DNA of 64,000 nucleotides from Treponema sp. (GTDB lineage Bacteria > Spirochaetota > Spirochaetia > Treponematales > Treponemataceae): positions 3,441-67,440 of the forward strand of contig JBQNBN010000003.1 of the NCBI GenBank assembly GCA_052169915.1, read 5' to 3'. Below are positions 37,528 to 46,540 of the stretch, piece after piece. The position numbers were made by a program, and so were the translations under genes. The notes under the pieces are model-generated. The model had not been told where the DNA came from, did not search any database, and worked only from the letters and a program-made list of their open reading frames with translations. Every line of letters begins with the position of its first letter. Position 1 is the stretch's first letter.

Positions 37528-39474
37528 ATGACGAGCAATCTTTTTATGGCGAATGCGGTGCATGAAATCCGCACGCCGGTGCAGACAATCATCGGAACGC
37601 TTGATCTCCTTTCCGAGACGGAACTTGATACCGAACAGCTTGAGTACGTTCATCAGATACGCGAAGGGGCGGACATTCTTCTAAACCTTGTCAACGACTT
37701 TTTGGATTTTTCAAAACTCAATTCGCAGCGCATGACGATTGAAAATATTCCGTTTGACGTAAAGTCCCTTTTGGAAGAAACCGTGCACCTGATCGGGCTT
37801 GAAGCGTTTGCAAAGGGTATTGAAGTCGTTACCGATATCGACTATTCAATTCCGTCCCTTGTGATGGGAGACCCGACGCGGGTGCGGCAAGTTTTAATCA
37901 ATCTTATAAAAAACGCGCTCAAATTTACCGAACGCGGCTACATATACGTCGTTTTAAAAAACGATGACGGCGCCCTCCGTTTTGAAGTTACCGACAGCGG
38001 AATCGGCATTTCCGAAAAGCAGCAAAAAAAGTTGTTTACCAATTATTTTCAGACCGAAGGTTCAACGACGCGTAAATACGGGGGAACGGGGCTTGGTCTT
38101 CCGATCTGCCGGTCGCTCGTGGAAAAAATGAAGGGCGTCATCGGCGTAAAACCGAATCCTTACGGCGGCTCCGTCTTTTGGTTTTCACTGCCGCTGGTAA
38201 AGTCCTCTCCGTTCGACGATAAAATGCCCGAACCGCCCGTTCCCGCAACGTCTCGCATTATGATTGTCGACGACAGCATTCTTGCTGCAAAGGGATTGAC
38301 GAATATGCTCAACTACATGGGCTTGCAGTACATTCAAACGTCGTCGGATCCCAAAGACGCGCTTTTAAGTCTTACGTACGCGGAAAAAATCGGCTGTCCG
38401 TTTAATATCGTTTTTATCGATATGGTTATGCCGATGATGAACGGCTGGAACCTTGCGCGGGAAATTAAAACGTCGCCGGCGCTCAAAAACACAAAGCTCT
38501 ACCTGCTTGTGCCGGAAGGCGAGATGGGAAAAGAAGCCAAAATGAAGATTTTGGATTGGTTTGCAGGTTTTATTTATAAGCCAATCCGCTTTGAAAAACT
38601 TTATCTTTTGCTTTTGGAGACGAATGCAACCGATTCGGCGGAAAAACTCATCGATGAAGCGCAGTCCTCTTCAATCGGAGAAAGGCTGCGGATAGATGAG
38701 TCTACGGGGCTGGTTAAAGGCGTAAAAATCCTTGCGACCGACGATCATCCCGTCAATAGAAAGATTTTAGTAACATTTCTTAAAAAATTCGGCGCAGAAA
38801 TTTTGGAAGCGTCGAACGGTCAAGAAGCGGTCGACGCTATTCGGCACGATCCGTCCATTCAAATGGTGTTTTTGGATATTCAAATGCCGGTGCTCACCGG
38901 AGTTGAAGCGGCGCGAATCCTGCGAAACGAGCAGTATCAAGGCGTCATTATCGCCTGCACGGCAAACGATAACAAAGACGATTGTTTAAGCTATCAGAAA
39001 ATCGGCATGAACGATTTTTTGATAAAGCCGTTCAAAAAGGAAAGCATAAAGCTTTTGCTCGACAAATGGCGCGCCGTCATCGATTTTCAAGAGCCGGCGC
39101 CGCTTTCCGCAGTCGATGAACGGAGCGTTTTTGTCGACGAGCTTTGGGACGTGGACGATTTTAAAGGCACTGTCGGCGGCGATATGGATTTGGGAAAAAG
39201 CATTCTATTCGATTACACCGATCAGACGAGGGAATTGCTAGCGAAGGCGGAAAAAGCCGTCCTTGCAAGCGATTATGACGCCCTCAATATGATTGCGCAC
39301 ACGATAAAGGGAAGCTCCGCCGCCATTTCCGCAAACAAATTGCGGCAGCTTGGAGAAGCGATGAATAAAGGCGTTAAAGCGCGCGATAAAGAAACCGTCG
39401 TACAGTCGCTCAAAGAATTAAAAACGCAGTTTGAACTCTTCATTTTAAAAAGCGCCGACTGGACGCGCGACTAG
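37528..39474 (+). CDS. Cytoplasmic hybrid sensor histidine kinase (HisKA-HATPase-REC-REC-HPt)
   Basis: H-box HEIRTPV, G-boxes DSGIGI and GGTGLGL, two REC domains (VFIDMVMP, VFLDIQMP) and an HPt (HTIKGSSAAI). No TM or sensor domain was seen. Confidence 0.9.
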   Translation: MTSNLFMANAVHEIRTPVQTIIGTLDLLSETELDTEQLEYVHQIREGADILLNLVNDFLDFSKLNSQRMTIENIPFDVKSLLEETVHLIGLEAFAKGIEVVTDIDYSIPSLVMGDPTRVRQVLINLIKNALKFTERGYIYVVLKNDDGALRFEVTDSGIGISEKQQKKLFTNYFQTEGSTTRKYGGTGLGLPICRSLVEKMKGVIGVKPNPYGGSVFWFSLPLVKSSPFDDKMPEPPVPATSRIMIVDDSILAAKGLTNMLNYMGLQYIQTSSDPKDALLSLTYAEKIGCPFNIVFIDMVMPMMNGWNLAREIKTSPALKNTKLYLLVPEGEMGKEAKMKILDWFAGFIYKPIRFEKLYLLLLETNATDSAEKLIDEAQSSSIGERLRIDESTGLVKGVKILATDDHPVNRKILVTFLKKFGAEILEASNGQEAVDAIRHDPSIQMVFLDIQMPVLTGVEAARILRNEQYQGVIIACTANDNKDDCLSYQKIGMNDFLIKPFKKESIKLLLDKWRAVIDFQEPAPLSAVDERSVFVDELWDVDDFKGTVGGDMDLGKSILFDYTDQTRELLAKAEKAVLASDYDALNMIAHTIKGSSAAISANKLRQLGEAMNKGVKARDKETVVQSLKELKTQFELFILKSADWTRD

Positions 39475-39706
39475 AAGCGCCGCTATGCAGCGGGAAGTCA
39501 ATTACCGCACTCAAGAGTCCGTTTTATAGCCTGAAAAATACGTTTTCTACAGGATAAATCATAAGCCGCCGCATCCTCACTGCCGCTTCATATACTGTAA
39601 ATACCGCATACCCCTAACTGCCGTCTTAAAATTCCACTTTCGATGATTTTACGATACCGTTTCCCCAAAATCTGCGATGCCACCTCCTATCACCTCCCAG
39701 TTTCCC

Positions 39707-39782
39707 GCAAGTTTTCAAAAGAAAACTTGGGAGGGCGGCGCCCTCCGTTAAGTCTGTCATACCTCGTAATAACCGCCCGCCC
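39707..39782 (+). repeat. Dispersed two-hairpin intergenic repeat (copy)
   Basis: CAAGTTTTC-AAAA-GAAAACTTG hairpin, then GGAGGGCGGCGCCCTCC...GTCTGTCATA...CCGCCCGCC. Confidence 0.6.
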
Positions 39783-39805
39783 ACCGCTCCAAAATCCTAT
39801 TTTCT

Positions 39806-39882
39806 GCGAGTTTTGCCTTCGGCAAAACTCGTGCGGGCGGAACATTGCTCTATCTTTCAAATACCGTCCTTTGCCGCCCGCA
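39806..39882 (+). repeat. Dispersed two-hairpin intergenic repeat (copy)
   Basis: CGAGTTTTGCC-TTC-GGCAAAACTCG, then TGCGGGCGG...ATCTTTCAAA...GCCGCCCGCAG. Confidence 0.6.
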
Positions 39883-39998
39883 GTTTGACAAACAAAATCC
39901 TGCAACTTATAATAAACCTTGTTCGAGAGTTTAATTTCCGAACGGGTCTATTATTCACATCTGAATAAAACAAATCTTTCATATTTACGGAGGAAAAA

Positions 39999-41252
39999 AT
40001 GAAAAAGATTTTCGTTGCGGCGGCGGCATTGGCAGTCGTATCTTTTACGGGTTGTCAGAAAAAAAGTGCAAGCGGCGGCATTAAGCTTGAGTTGTATTAT
40101 TACAAGCAGGAAAACCAAGAAGGACTAAAAAACGTCATCAAGGCGTTTGAAAAATCGAATCCCGGCATCACGATTGACACGCTCATTATCCCGAATGACG
40201 GGGACGCGCAGATGATTGCGCGCGCGGCTCAAGGCGACTTGCCGGATATTCTTCAAATGCAGTCGTATGCCCGCGTCCGCGAGTACGCCTCTAAAGGCTA
40301 TCTTCTTGACCTTTCAAACACGGACGCGATGGAAAAGGTGCTTCCGAGCGCATTGCCTGCCGTCAGTTACGGCGGAAAACCGTATGCGCTTCCGACGGAC
40401 TACGCGGGAATCGGAATTATCTACAATGTGGATATTTTCGATAAATTGGGACTTGCGGCTCCCTCGACATTCCGCGAACTGCAAGACGTGTGCGAAAAAC
40501 TTGAAGACGCAGGAATTGTTCCCTTTGCGGGACTGCTCAAAGAAAACTGGTCGGTCGGGCATTTTCTCACGCTCGTGCACACCGCGCTTCTCAAAGAAAA
40601 AAACATCGCCCTCGAGTCCTTTATCGCCGACATGAGCGTCGGAAACACGTCTTACGGCGTCGTCGATACGGCAAAACTGTTTGGCATTCTCGACTTTTAC
40701 CGCGAAAACATGAATAAAACGGCGGCGGAAATGGGCGGCGGCGAGCAGCAGCAGTCTTTTGCAAAAGGCGAAGCCGCGATGATGGTGCAGGGACTGTGGT
40801 CGTATGCCGACGCAAAAAAACTCAATCCCACGCTCAACGCGTATTTTATTCCCTTCCCCGTTCACAACGATCCTGAAATGAACGTTTTTTACGCCGATGT
40901 CGATTCAACATTCGGACTTTCGTCCCAGTCGTCTCCTGAAAAACAGGAAGCCTCGCTCAAGTTCATCAACTGGATTACCTCCGTCGAAGGGCGCGCGCTC
41001 TGGCTTAAAGAGTACAAACTCATTCCGCCGTTTAAAGGAATCGACGTTTCCGCATTCGATAATCCCTATATCGACTTGATGAAAACCGTCCAAGAAAAGG
41101 CGCCGATGCAGTGGGCGTTCTCGCAGTATCCGTCCGACGTGTTTGAATCCGCCTGCAAAGAAGGCGCGCAGCAGTACATGCTGCATAAACGCACCGCCGA
41201 CGACGTTATCAGCGTTATCGACACGCAGTGGGCTGCCTCCGTCAATAAATAG
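39999..41252 (+). CDS. Sugar ABC transporter substrate-binding lipoprotein (CUT1 family)
   Basis: 417 aa with a lipobox (VSFTGCQ) and an extracellular solute-binding family-1 pattern. Two permease genes follow. Confidence 0.85.
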   Translation: MKKIFVAAAALAVVSFTGCQKKSASGGIKLELYYYKQENQEGLKNVIKAFEKSNPGITIDTLIIPNDGDAQMIARAAQGDLPDILQMQSYARVREYASKGYLLDLSNTDAMEKVLPSALPAVSYGGKPYALPTDYAGIGIIYNVDIFDKLGLAAPSTFRELQDVCEKLEDAGIVPFAGLLKENWSVGHFLTLVHTALLKEKNIALESFIADMSVGNTSYGVVDTAKLFGILDFYRENMNKTAAEMGGGEQQQSFAKGEAAMMVQGLWSYADAKKLNPTLNAYFIPFPVHNDPEMNVFYADVDSTFGLSSQSSPEKQEASLKFINWITSVEGRALWLKEYKLIPPFKGIDVSAFDNPYIDLMKTVQEKAPMQWAFSQYPSDVFESACKEGAQQYMLHKRTADDVISVIDTQWAASVNK

Positions 41253-41292
41253 ACAGCGATAGAACAGTCCCGGCGCCTGTCCTGCGGACTAG

Positions 41293-41340
41293 ACCTGTTC
41301 GGTAACTTCATTATCGAACAGGTTATTGTTTTTATTTTTT
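41293..41340 (+). terminator. Intra-operon hairpin + T-rich tract (attenuating terminator) after the binding-protein gene
   Basis: ACCTGTTCG-13 nt-CGAACAGGT (41293-41323), followed by TATTGTTTTTATTTTTT. Confidence 0.55.
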
Positions 41341-41393
41341 TGGGAGCGGCTGCAAAGGCTCGTCCGCAAAGCCGCTTAAAATCGGATTATATT

Positions 41394-42923
41394 ATGGTAG
41401 AAAAACGAATTACAAAAGGATTTTATTTTACCGCTTTTATTTTGCCGTGCATGCTCTTGTACGGCATTTTCTGTATTGTGCCGTTCGTGCGCGGAATCGG
41501 CATTTCATTGACGAATTGGGACGGACTGACGCCCAAGACGCCCATCGTTCTTGAAAAAAGCGAATTCGAAGAGCGGATTCTTTCAAAAATAAAAACGGAG
41601 CGCGATAAAACCTTCGTTATGAGCATCTATTCGTTTTCCGCTGCCGACGGAACCTACCGCCGTTTAAGCGTAAGCGGGCTTAAAAAAATCAAACTCGAAC
41701 GGATTATCAAGTCTACAGGCTATGAGCCGGAATACAACCGCTTTGTGGGGCTTGCCAACTACAAACAGATTTTTGCAGGACAGGTCGGAACGGATTTTTA
41801 TCCGCATAAAACCAAAATCGAAAAGTTTACAAAAACATCCGCACTGCCGCGCTCGATTGCAAAAGTCGACTTTGAAAACGAAGTCTTAAAAGAAGCCGCG
41901 GCGCATGCGGACTGGACGGCAAAACTTCAAGACGCCTACGAATACGACGCTGAAAAACGCAGTTATCGGCGAACGGAATCTTACGATGAGAAAAAAGCCG
42001 TCCGCACAGTCCTCAACCTTGCAGAAATTCAAGAAGCCGGAAGCGAAGGAGAAGCCGCCGTCGACGATTTTACGCGCGGTTTGGAAGCCTCCTTTGCGGA
42101 GGGAAAAAGCGCATTTGACGAAGCAGCGGCGGAGTTTTCCTCCGCGCGGGGACTTTCTCCGGCATCATCAGCGGCTCTTTCCAAAGCGGCGGCGGCTCTT
42201 TATTCGATATACGAATTGAAAAACATTCTTGCCTCCTCGTGGACGCTCACCGAATTCAATATGGGAGTCGTCGGTTTTACGCTCTTTTTCGCAGTCTTTT
42301 CGGTCATCGGCATAAACACGCTCGCATTCGTCCTCGCGATGGCGCTCGATACGGGCATTCGCGGGCAGAAGGCGCTGCGCACCATTTTCTTTTTGCCGAA
42401 CATGCTTTCGATGATTATCGTCGCGCTGATTTGGTCAATGCTCTTTAATCAACTTTTGCCGGCGCTGACGGGCATCGACAAATGGATTTCCGACTCGCAC
42501 AAAACGCCGTGGCTGCTCGTGCTCGTTTCCGTGTGGCAGGGCGCCGGTTACTACATGATTGTCTACCTTGCAGGGCTCCAAAACATTCCGACTGAAGTTG
42601 TGGAAGCCGCGCGCATCGACGGGGCGACCGGCTGGCAGCGTTTCCGCTTTATCACGCTCCCGCTCATGGTGCCGTCCATGACGATTTCGCTTTTCTTAAC
42701 GATTGCCAACGCGCTCAAGAGTTTTGATCTCATCTACGCGATGATTGGACGCGCCGGCTACGCGACAGGCACGGTTCCCTTCGTTATGGATATTTATTTT
42801 GACGCGTTTTCCAAAAAACTTGCCGGTCTTGCGACTGCAAAAGCGATGGTTCTGTTCGTCGTAATCGTTTTGATTACGGGCGTGCAGTTGTTTATCATGA
42901 AACGAAAGGAAGTTGAGGCGTAA
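41394..42923 (+). CDS. Carbohydrate ABC transporter permease with ~240-aa extracytoplasmic insertion
   Basis: The start is at MVEKRITKG. TM1 is followed by a long hydrophilic insert, then a typical MalF/UgpA-like core with the EAA region (EAARIDGATGWQRFRFITLP). Confidence 0.85.
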   Translation: MVEKRITKGFYFTAFILPCMLLYGIFCIVPFVRGIGISLTNWDGLTPKTPIVLEKSEFEERILSKIKTERDKTFVMSIYSFSAADGTYRRLSVSGLKKIKLERIIKSTGYEPEYNRFVGLANYKQIFAGQVGTDFYPHKTKIEKFTKTSALPRSIAKVDFENEVLKEAAAHADWTAKLQDAYEYDAEKRSYRRTESYDEKKAVRTVLNLAEIQEAGSEGEAAVDDFTRGLEASFAEGKSAFDEAAAEFSSARGLSPASSAALSKAAAALYSIYELKNILASSWTLTEFNMGVVGFTLFFAVFSVIGINTLAFVLAMALDTGIRGQKALRTIFFLPNMLSMIIVALIWSMLFNQLLPALTGIDKWISDSHKTPWLLVLVSVWQGAGYYMIVYLAGLQNIPTEVVEAARIDGATGWQRFRFITLPLMVPSMTISLFLTIANALKSFDLIYAMIGRAGYATGTVPFVMDIYFDAFSKKLAGLATAKAMVLFVVIVLITGVQLFIMKRKEVEA

Positions 42924-42924
42924 T

Positions 42925-43797
42925 ATGAATTCTTCTGCGCATATTCTAAAAAGATTATTATTCGCAAACACGGCGGCGAAAGTCAAAAAGCCCAAAGCGA
43001 TGGAAGCAGCCCTTGCAGCCGCTTTAATCGTATTCGCCGTATTTTTTATCTATCCGATGTTTTTCGTCGTCATCAATTCCATCCGCTCCACAAACGACAT
43101 CATCTTAAATCCCTCAGGCTGGCCGGTTACCGCCTACCTTTCAAACTACGCCGAAGCGTGGAAAGAAATGCAATTCCCCAAAGTCTTTTTGAACACGCTT
43201 ATCATCACCGCGTTCGGGACAGGGGGAATTATCATCACGTCCGCCATGGCCGCATACGCGCTTGCCCGCTCCAATTCAAAACTTTCGTGGATTTTATACG
43301 GATTTTTTACGTTTTATATGGTCATTCCCTTTCAGATTATCATGGTTCCCATCGGCGAACTTGCGGCGGGACTGCACTTGATGAATATTCCGGGCATTAT
43401 TCTCATGTACTGGGGCGTCGGCTGTCCGACTGCGATTTTCATGTTCCACGGATTTATCAAAAGCGTTCCGCGCGAACTTGAAGAGTCCGCCGCCATCGAC
43501 GGTGCGGGGCGCTTTTATATTTTCTTTGTGATTGTGCTGCCGCTGATAAAAACGATAATCGCGACCGTCGCCGTCATCGACGCGCTGTGGATTTGGAACG
43601 ACTTTTTGCTCCCGACGATTATCATCAAACAGGGGACTATCCAGCTCGCTCAACAAGCCTTCCGCGGACTTTCCGTCAACAAATACGGCCCCATGTGCGC
43701 CTCTCTCACCATTTCATCGATTCCGATAATTCTTTTTTATCTTTCACTGCAAAGATATATCATCAAAGGAATCGCCGCCGGCGCGGTGAAGGGGTGA
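42925..43797 (+). CDS. Carbohydrate ABC transporter permease (MalG/UgpE-like)
   Basis: The ATG lies 1 nt after the upstream stop. The EAA motif reads ESAAIDGAGRFYIFFVIVLP, and there are six TM segments. Confidence 0.85.
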   Translation: MNSSAHILKRLLFANTAAKVKKPKAMEAALAAALIVFAVFFIYPMFFVVINSIRSTNDIILNPSGWPVTAYLSNYAEAWKEMQFPKVFLNTLIITAFGTGGIIITSAMAAYALARSNSKLSWILYGFFTFYMVIPFQIIMVPIGELAAGLHLMNIPGIILMYWGVGCPTAIFMFHGFIKSVPRELEESAAIDGAGRFYIFFVIVLPLIKTIIATVAVIDALWIWNDFLLPTIIIKQGTIQLAQQAFRGLSVNKYGPMCASLTISSIPIILFYLSLQRYIIKGIAAGAVKG

Positions 43798-43814
43798 GGG
43801 AGGAATGGGGAATT

Positions 43815-43892
43815 GGCGGACGGCAGAGAACGAAGTCTGAAGAACGCAGAAAAATTTCCGCATGCACTCATTTTGCCTATAGCAAAACGAGC
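43815..43892 (-). repeat. Dispersed two-hairpin intergenic repeat (copy)
   Basis: GGCGGACGGCAGAGAAC...CTCATTTTGCC-TAT-AGCAAAACGAG. Confidence 0.55.
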
Positions 43893-44015
43893 TAGGAAAT
43901 AAAGTTTGGGGCGGACGCGGTTTGCGACTCTCTCGTGTTATTCTTGCTGTCGTCGAGCAAAAAGCTATGCCTCCCAATCACACATTCCAACTTCCTCATT
44001 AATAGCCCCCTTCCC

Positions 44016-44044
44016 TTGACAGTCCTACCTCCCTGTTCTATCAT
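44016..44044 (+). promoter_or_regulatory. Near-consensus sigma-70-type promoter upstream of aroF-tyrA
   Basis: TTGACA (44016-44021), a 17-nt spacer, then TATCAT (44039-44044). Confidence 0.5.
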
Positions 44045-44051
44045 CGTTTCC

Positions 44052-44180
44052 ATGAAAGACGAATTCGGTTTTATACAGTCACCGCCTGTCCTTCCGCGCG
44101 GCACAAACGCGGCATTCGGCTATTATTATTCTCTTACACGCAGACGCGCAGGGACTTCAATCGATAGACGGCTTATATAA
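44052..44180 (+). CDS. Candidate leader peptide with triple-Tyr codons
   Basis: MKDEFGFIQSPPVLPRGTNAAFGYYYSLTRRRAGTSIDRRLI, with TAT TAT TAT at 44121-44129. It lies between the promoter and the terminator. Whether it is translated is unproven. Confidence 0.25.
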   Translation: MKDEFGFIQSPPVLPRGTNAAFGYYYSLTRRRAGTSIDRRLI

Positions 44181-44209
44181 CCGGTTTTCTATTGACGAGC
44201 GTGGATTGA

Positions 44210-44238
44210 GGGACTCTGCATACGGAGTTCCTTTTTTT
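44210..44238 (+). terminator. Intrinsic terminator in the aroF leader
   Basis: GGGACTC, an 8-nt loop, GAGTTCC and then T7. It ends 35 nt before the aroF ATG. Confidence 0.6.
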
Positions 44239-44272
44239 ATGCAAAAAACTTTAATGTATAGCGAGGTAAAAA

Positions 44273-45304
44273 ATGATTGTAACGTTGAAAAAGGGCACGG
44301 ATGACGTGCAGATGAACGACTACATTGCCGGCTGGAAAGAGCGAGGATTCGGCGTGCACGTGTCAAAAGGGCAGAACGTAACGATTTTGGGGCTTATCGG
44401 AGATACAACGTCGCTCAGTCCCGAACAGATTCTTGCCAATCCCCTTGTAGAAAGCGCACACCGCGTTTCCGCTCCGTATAAACTGGCAAACCGCTCGTTT
44501 CATCCGGAAGACTCCGTGATTGAAGTCGGCGGGGGGCAGACGGGGGTAGAGGCAAGCACCTTCGGCGCGGACATCGTCGGCATTATCGCAGGCCCGTGCT
44601 CGGTCGAGTCGGAAGAGCAGATGATTGAAATTGCGCGCGCAGTGAAAAAAAGCGGGGCGCGCTACCTTCGCGGCGGCGCCTTTAAGCCGCGGACTTCTCC
44701 CTATTCGTTTCAAGGGCTCGGCGCCAAGGGACTTGAGTTTATGGTAACGGCAAAAAAAGAGACGGGGCTTCCGATCGTAACCGAACTTATGGATGCGCGG
44801 CAGCTCAAATATTTTGACGATGTGGACATGATTCAAATCGGCGCGCGCAATATGCAGAACTTCGACCTGCTCAAAGAGATGGGAAAAGTCAATAAGCCCG
44901 TTCTCTTAAAGCGCGGAATGTCTGCGACCGTCAAAGAGTTTTTGATGTCCGCCGAATACATTATGGCAAGCGGCAACGAAAACGTCATTTTGTGCGAGCG
45001 CGGTATCCGCACCTTCGACAATTATACGCGGAACTGCCTCGACATCAGCATAGTCCCGTACCTGCACAAGGTAACGCACCTGCCCGTGATCGTCGACCCG
45101 AGCCATGCAGGCGGAATGAGCTGGCTTGTGCCGACTCTTGCGCAAGTGTCCGTTGCGGCTGGCGCGGACGGTTTGATGATTGAAGTGCACAACAATCCTG
45201 AAAAAGCGCTTTCAGACGGCGAGCAGTCCCTTCGACCTTCGGAGTTCGACGACTTAATGCGCATTCTCCCCCAGTATGCCCTCATAAACGGGCGCCAAAT
45301 GTAA
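44273..45304 (+). CDS. aroF: 3-deoxy-7-phosphoheptulonate (DAHP) synthase, type I-beta with N-terminal regulatory domain
   Basis: 343 aa with GAFKPRTSPYSFQGLG, DPSHAGG and an N-terminal ~70-aa ferredoxin-like extension, as in Thermotoga-type enzymes. Confidence 0.9.
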   Translation: MIVTLKKGTDDVQMNDYIAGWKERGFGVHVSKGQNVTILGLIGDTTSLSPEQILANPLVESAHRVSAPYKLANRSFHPEDSVIEVGGGQTGVEASTFGADIVGIIAGPCSVESEEQMIEIARAVKKSGARYLRGGAFKPRTSPYSFQGLGAKGLEFMVTAKKETGLPIVTELMDARQLKYFDDVDMIQIGARNMQNFDLLKEMGKVNKPVLLKRGMSATVKEFLMSAEYIMASGNENVILCERGIRTFDNYTRNCLDISIVPYLHKVTHLPVIVDPSHAGGMSWLVPTLAQVSVAAGADGLMIEVHNNPEKALSDGEQSLRPSEFDDLMRILPQYALINGRQM

Positions 45305-45305
45305 G

Positions 45306-46202
45306 ATGGACGCAAAAAATCTCACCTACGGCATCGTAGGGCTCGGCATTATGGGCGGATCGATTGCAAAAAGCATCAGGCGGAATGTTTTAAGCGCGGA
45401 CGGCAGCGGAAAGATTCTTGCCTGCGACAAAAATCCTCAAAGTCTTGAGGCTGCATTGACGGAAGGCGTTATCGACGGCGCATACGGAGACGAGGACGCA
45501 AAGGATATGCTCAGATGCTGCGACTGCGTTTTCGTCTGTCTGTATCCTCGGGCGACGCTTTCTTTCCTCAAAGCGAATAAAGCCGCGTTCAAAAGCGGAG
45601 CCGTCGTAACGGACATCTCCGGCGTGAAAAACATTTTTGAAAACGAAACGGACATCGTGCGGCGCGACGTCGATTTTATCGTCGGGCACCCGATGGCAGG
45701 CGGCGAAAAGGAAGGCTATGCGAACGCGTCGGCGGACTTTTTTTTGCGGCGCAACTACATTTTAGTCCCTCGTCGGGAAAACAAGGCGGAAAATCTCGAC
45801 TTTATGCGCGCTCTCATTCACGCGATGGGTTTTTCGCGCATAACGGAAACGACGTTCGACACGCACGACTACAAAATTGCCTTTACGTCCCAACTTTGCC
45901 ACATCATCGCAAGCGCGCTGGTTTTAAGCGCGGAAGACGACTCGATTACTGCGTTCGGCGGCGGCAGTTTTGAAGATTTAACCCGCATTGCAATGATAAA
46001 CGCGCCGCTCTGGACGGAACTTTTCCTTTCAAACAAAAAAATGCTTTTAGCGCACATAGAACGCTTTTGTGCGCGCATGACCGAATTAAAGTCCGCCATA
46101 GAAACAGAAGATGCCGCGCGCCTTTGCGCCGTCCTCGAAGACACGCGCGCTCAGCGGACAGCGATGAATGCACAGGGAGCGGAGATGGAAGGACAAAGTT
46201 GA
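45306..46202 (+). CDS. tyrA: Prephenate dehydrogenase
   Basis: 298 aa with a Rossmann GLGIMGGSIA motif and the catalytic HPMAG motif. It starts 1 nt after the aroF stop. Confidence 0.85.
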   Translation: MDAKNLTYGIVGLGIMGGSIAKSIRRNVLSADGSGKILACDKNPQSLEAALTEGVIDGAYGDEDAKDMLRCCDCVFVCLYPRATLSFLKANKAAFKSGAVVTDISGVKNIFENETDIVRRDVDFIVGHPMAGGEKEGYANASADFFLRRNYILVPRRENKAENLDFMRALIHAMGFSRITETTFDTHDYKIAFTSQLCHIIASALVLSAEDDSITAFGGGSFEDLTRIAMINAPLWTELFLSNKKMLLAHIERFCARMTELKSAIETEDAARLCAVLEDTRAQRTAMNAQGAEMEGQS

Positions 46203-46209
46203 GTTTGTT

Positions 46210-46309
46210 GGGCGGGTGCGGGCGGCGGCGGGCGGCAGAGAACTGAGTTTGAAAGATTTAGCGGTGTGCCGCCCGCTACAAGTTTTGCCTGTCGGCAAAA
46301 CTTGCGGGG
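46210..46309 (-). repeat. Dispersed two-hairpin intergenic repeat (copy)
   Basis: GGGCGGGTGCGGGCGGCGGCGGGCGGCAGAGAAC...GTTTGAAAGATTT...CAAGTTTTGCC-TGTC-GGCAAAACTTG. Confidence 0.6.
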
Positions 46310-46540
46310 AATGGGGTTAGGGGTGAGGCGGCATTGTTGGGAAGACGTTTTTCAGGGTTGGGGGAGAGGTGAAAGTGTTTTTTGAGAAGATATTAAGCAA
46401 AACGTGCGGTGAATGAAGTTTTTGGGGGAGGGCTTCTCCGTATTGCACGCTAAACAATCTGCCATCAGCAAACGCATTCCTCATTAGGCATTCGTAATTC
46501 ATAATAAGGAATGCCGCCGCCCGCCGAACACTGTTTTCTG

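Noticed and set aside
39640-39900. Possible CRISPR array suggested by the repeated hairpin units (also at 46.2-46.6 kb).
   Set aside because: The units are ~80-100 nt, imperfect, occur in both orientations, and are scattered singly or in pairs across the window at irregular spacing. There are no short direct repeats with unique spacers and no cas genes.
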